From the NCBI GenBank assembly GCA_964496125.1, contig CAZBXE010000004.1:3707-67706 (forward strand): a stretch of 64,000 bases of DNA, in the 5' to 3' direction. Below are positions 62,933 to 64,000 of this stretch, one piece after another. Position 1 is the first letter of the stretch. The number at the start of each line of letters is the position of its first letter. This DNA comes from an uncultured bacterium (GTDB taxonomy: Bacteria; Chlamydiota; Chlamydiia; Chlamydiales; CAZBXE01). The translations under genes and the position numbers were made by a program. The notes under the pieces are model-generated. The model was given only the letters and a program-made list of their open reading frames with translations. It made no database searches and had not been told where the DNA came from.

Positions 62933-63943
62933 TTATTTTTCGGATTCCTCATCTGCCTCAGGTTCTTCGACATCATGCCCTTCCTCTTCGGTTTCGGCTT
63001 CCGCCTCCGCTTCAGCTGACGCCTCTGTCTGAGCCTTCTCTTTTTTGGACTCTTTTGAACCATTTCCAATCTTTAAGGAATGGAGGGTAAACAGCTGCAT
63101 AAAACCTCCGGCCTGATGAAGAAGAGGCATCACTTTCCAGAGAGTCCAGAAGAAAAGGATAAGGAGGGTAATGACGGCCACGAAGAATGCGAAGAAAAAG
63201 GCCCGGAATCTTGATACAGACTCTTTCGCTACGATGATTTTCCAGATGCTGACATAATCTTTTTCCTCCTCACCCAAGGAAGCTCCAGGGATGAAGGGCA
63301 TGCTGCTAAAACGCGCTCGGTCTGGAATGACGGTGACGTTGTCGAAATCAAGACCAGGAACTGAGCTTGCGACAAGACGTCTAATTTTAGTCACAAGGTG
63401 GCTGTTGGGATCGTCCAAGACCCCTGTGTGTTTTACATAGACAGAGGCAGAGACAGACTGTTTTTTCGTTCCTGGAGGAGCAAGAGGATCTTCTTCAGGA
63501 ATCGAGAGCATGACTCTAGCATCGAGGACACCATCAATTTTTCGAATGGTGTTGGAGATCTCTTCTGCAAGCCCAGCTTGGTGCCGGATTTGTTCTTCCA
63601 GCGCGGAGGGTACAAGACCCCCTTTTGAGAATATGCTGAGTAGGTTTTGACCAGATCGTCTCGGAAGTCCGGCAGCGTTTAGGTAAGCAAAGGCCTCGTT
63701 TGCCTGCTCTTCTGGAACGGTGATATCCCAAAGCTGAGGACCACCCCCGCCTCCGCCGCCTCCCGTCTTGGCAGCAACTTTATTTGCTTTGATTCCTTTT
63801 TGGTCCAAAAAGACGATGATTTCGATCGCGTCTCTTTCCTCAAGACCATTAATAATGGTTTTGTCGGTGGCGCAGCTGGAGAGAAGAGAGGCTAAAAAGA
63901 AAAACAAAACACAATATTTTGAGATTTGCAAAGAGATCGACAT
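62933..63943 (-). CDS. sctJ: Type III secretion inner-membrane ring lipoprotein SctJ (YscJ/CdsJ)
   Basis: 336 aa. Lipobox LSSCA, YscJ/EscJ-like domains (INGLEERDAIEIIVFLDQKGI, NAAGLPR) and a C-terminal TM helix. Unusual Gly8 insert and an acidic EAEAEAE tail. Confidence 0.9.
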   Translation of the reverse strand: MSISLQISKYCVLFFFLASLLSSCATDKTIINGLEERDAIEIIVFLDQKGIKANKVAAKTGGGGGGGGPQLWDITVPEEQANEAFAYLNAAGLPRRSGQNLLSIFSKGGLVPSALEEQIRHQAGLAEEISNTIRKIDGVLDARVMLSIPEEDPLAPPGTKKQSVSASVYVKHTGVLDDPNSHLVTKIRRLVASSVPGLDFDNVTVIPDRARFSSMPFIPGASLGEEEKDYVSIWKIIVAKESVSRFRAFFFAFFVAVITLLILFFWTLWKVMPLLHQAGGFMQLFTLHSLKIGNGSKESKKEKAQTEASAEAEAEAETEEEGHDVEEPEADEESEK

Positions 63944-64000
63944 GTTATTTACCTAGTTTTTTCATCATCGTATCACAACAGAGCTTTTTCTGATATCAGC

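Noticed and set aside
63741-63764. The Gly8 tract in SctJ, considered as a slipped-strand phase-variation site or an assembly artefact.
   Set aside because: The DNA is a mix of GGA/GGC/GGG/GGT codons (ccacccccgcctccgccgcctcc on the + strand), not a homopolymer or a perfect short tandem repeat. Slippage is therefore unlikely, and the reading frame is intact on both sides.
63944-64000. Possible tiny leader ORF (ATGATGAAAAAACTAGGTAAATAA, 7 codons) or the 3' end of another minus-strand gene (...ADIRKSSVVIR stop) just upstream of sctJ.
   Set aside because: Only ~57 nt are available before the window edge. I cannot distinguish a gene end from a uORF, so no call is made.

Overview
This 64 kb chromosomal window reads as a member of the phylum Chlamydiae outside the family Chlamydiaceae. 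That is an inference from gene content and gene order. The supporting genes are a sctJ-(K)-L-R-S-T type III secretion operon, a ~1140-aa PBP2, a sigma-66-like RpoD, mcsA/mcsB, the rpsB-tsf-pyrH-frr block, aspC-mreC, recCBD, and an aconitase that Chlamydiaceae lack. I can support about 57 protein genes, 4 tRNAs (Ala-GGC, Trp-CCA, Glu-UUC, Lys-UUU), one gene relic, several sigma70/66-type promoters, one clean terminator and a few operator-like palindromes. I saw no rRNA, CRISPR array, transposase, integrase or large repeat. Genes are tightly packed, with many ATGA/GTGA start-stop overlaps and four convergent gene pairs whose 3' ends overlap. The regions most worth a second look are: (1) an AT-rich three-gene cassette at ~42.9-45.3 kb, made of a multidomain AHSQG lipase-like protein, an abutting small membrane protein and a GNAT, sitting next to a truncated GxxExxY nuclease-gene relic; (2) an orphan Wza/Wzc-like export pair whose Wzc kinase domain looks catalytically dead; (3) a tightly overlapped CDP-hexose/epimerase/SDR/GT2 operon with no visible 4,6-dehydratase; (4) an arsM-arsR pair; (5) three lineage-specific orphan proteins (555, 496 and 347 aa). 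No single obvious new system stands out, and the cassette at 42.9-45.3 kb is my best candidate. All calls come from reading the sequence and ORF translations and from remembered family motifs. No searches were run, and GC statements rest on hand counts of a few 60-nt lines only.
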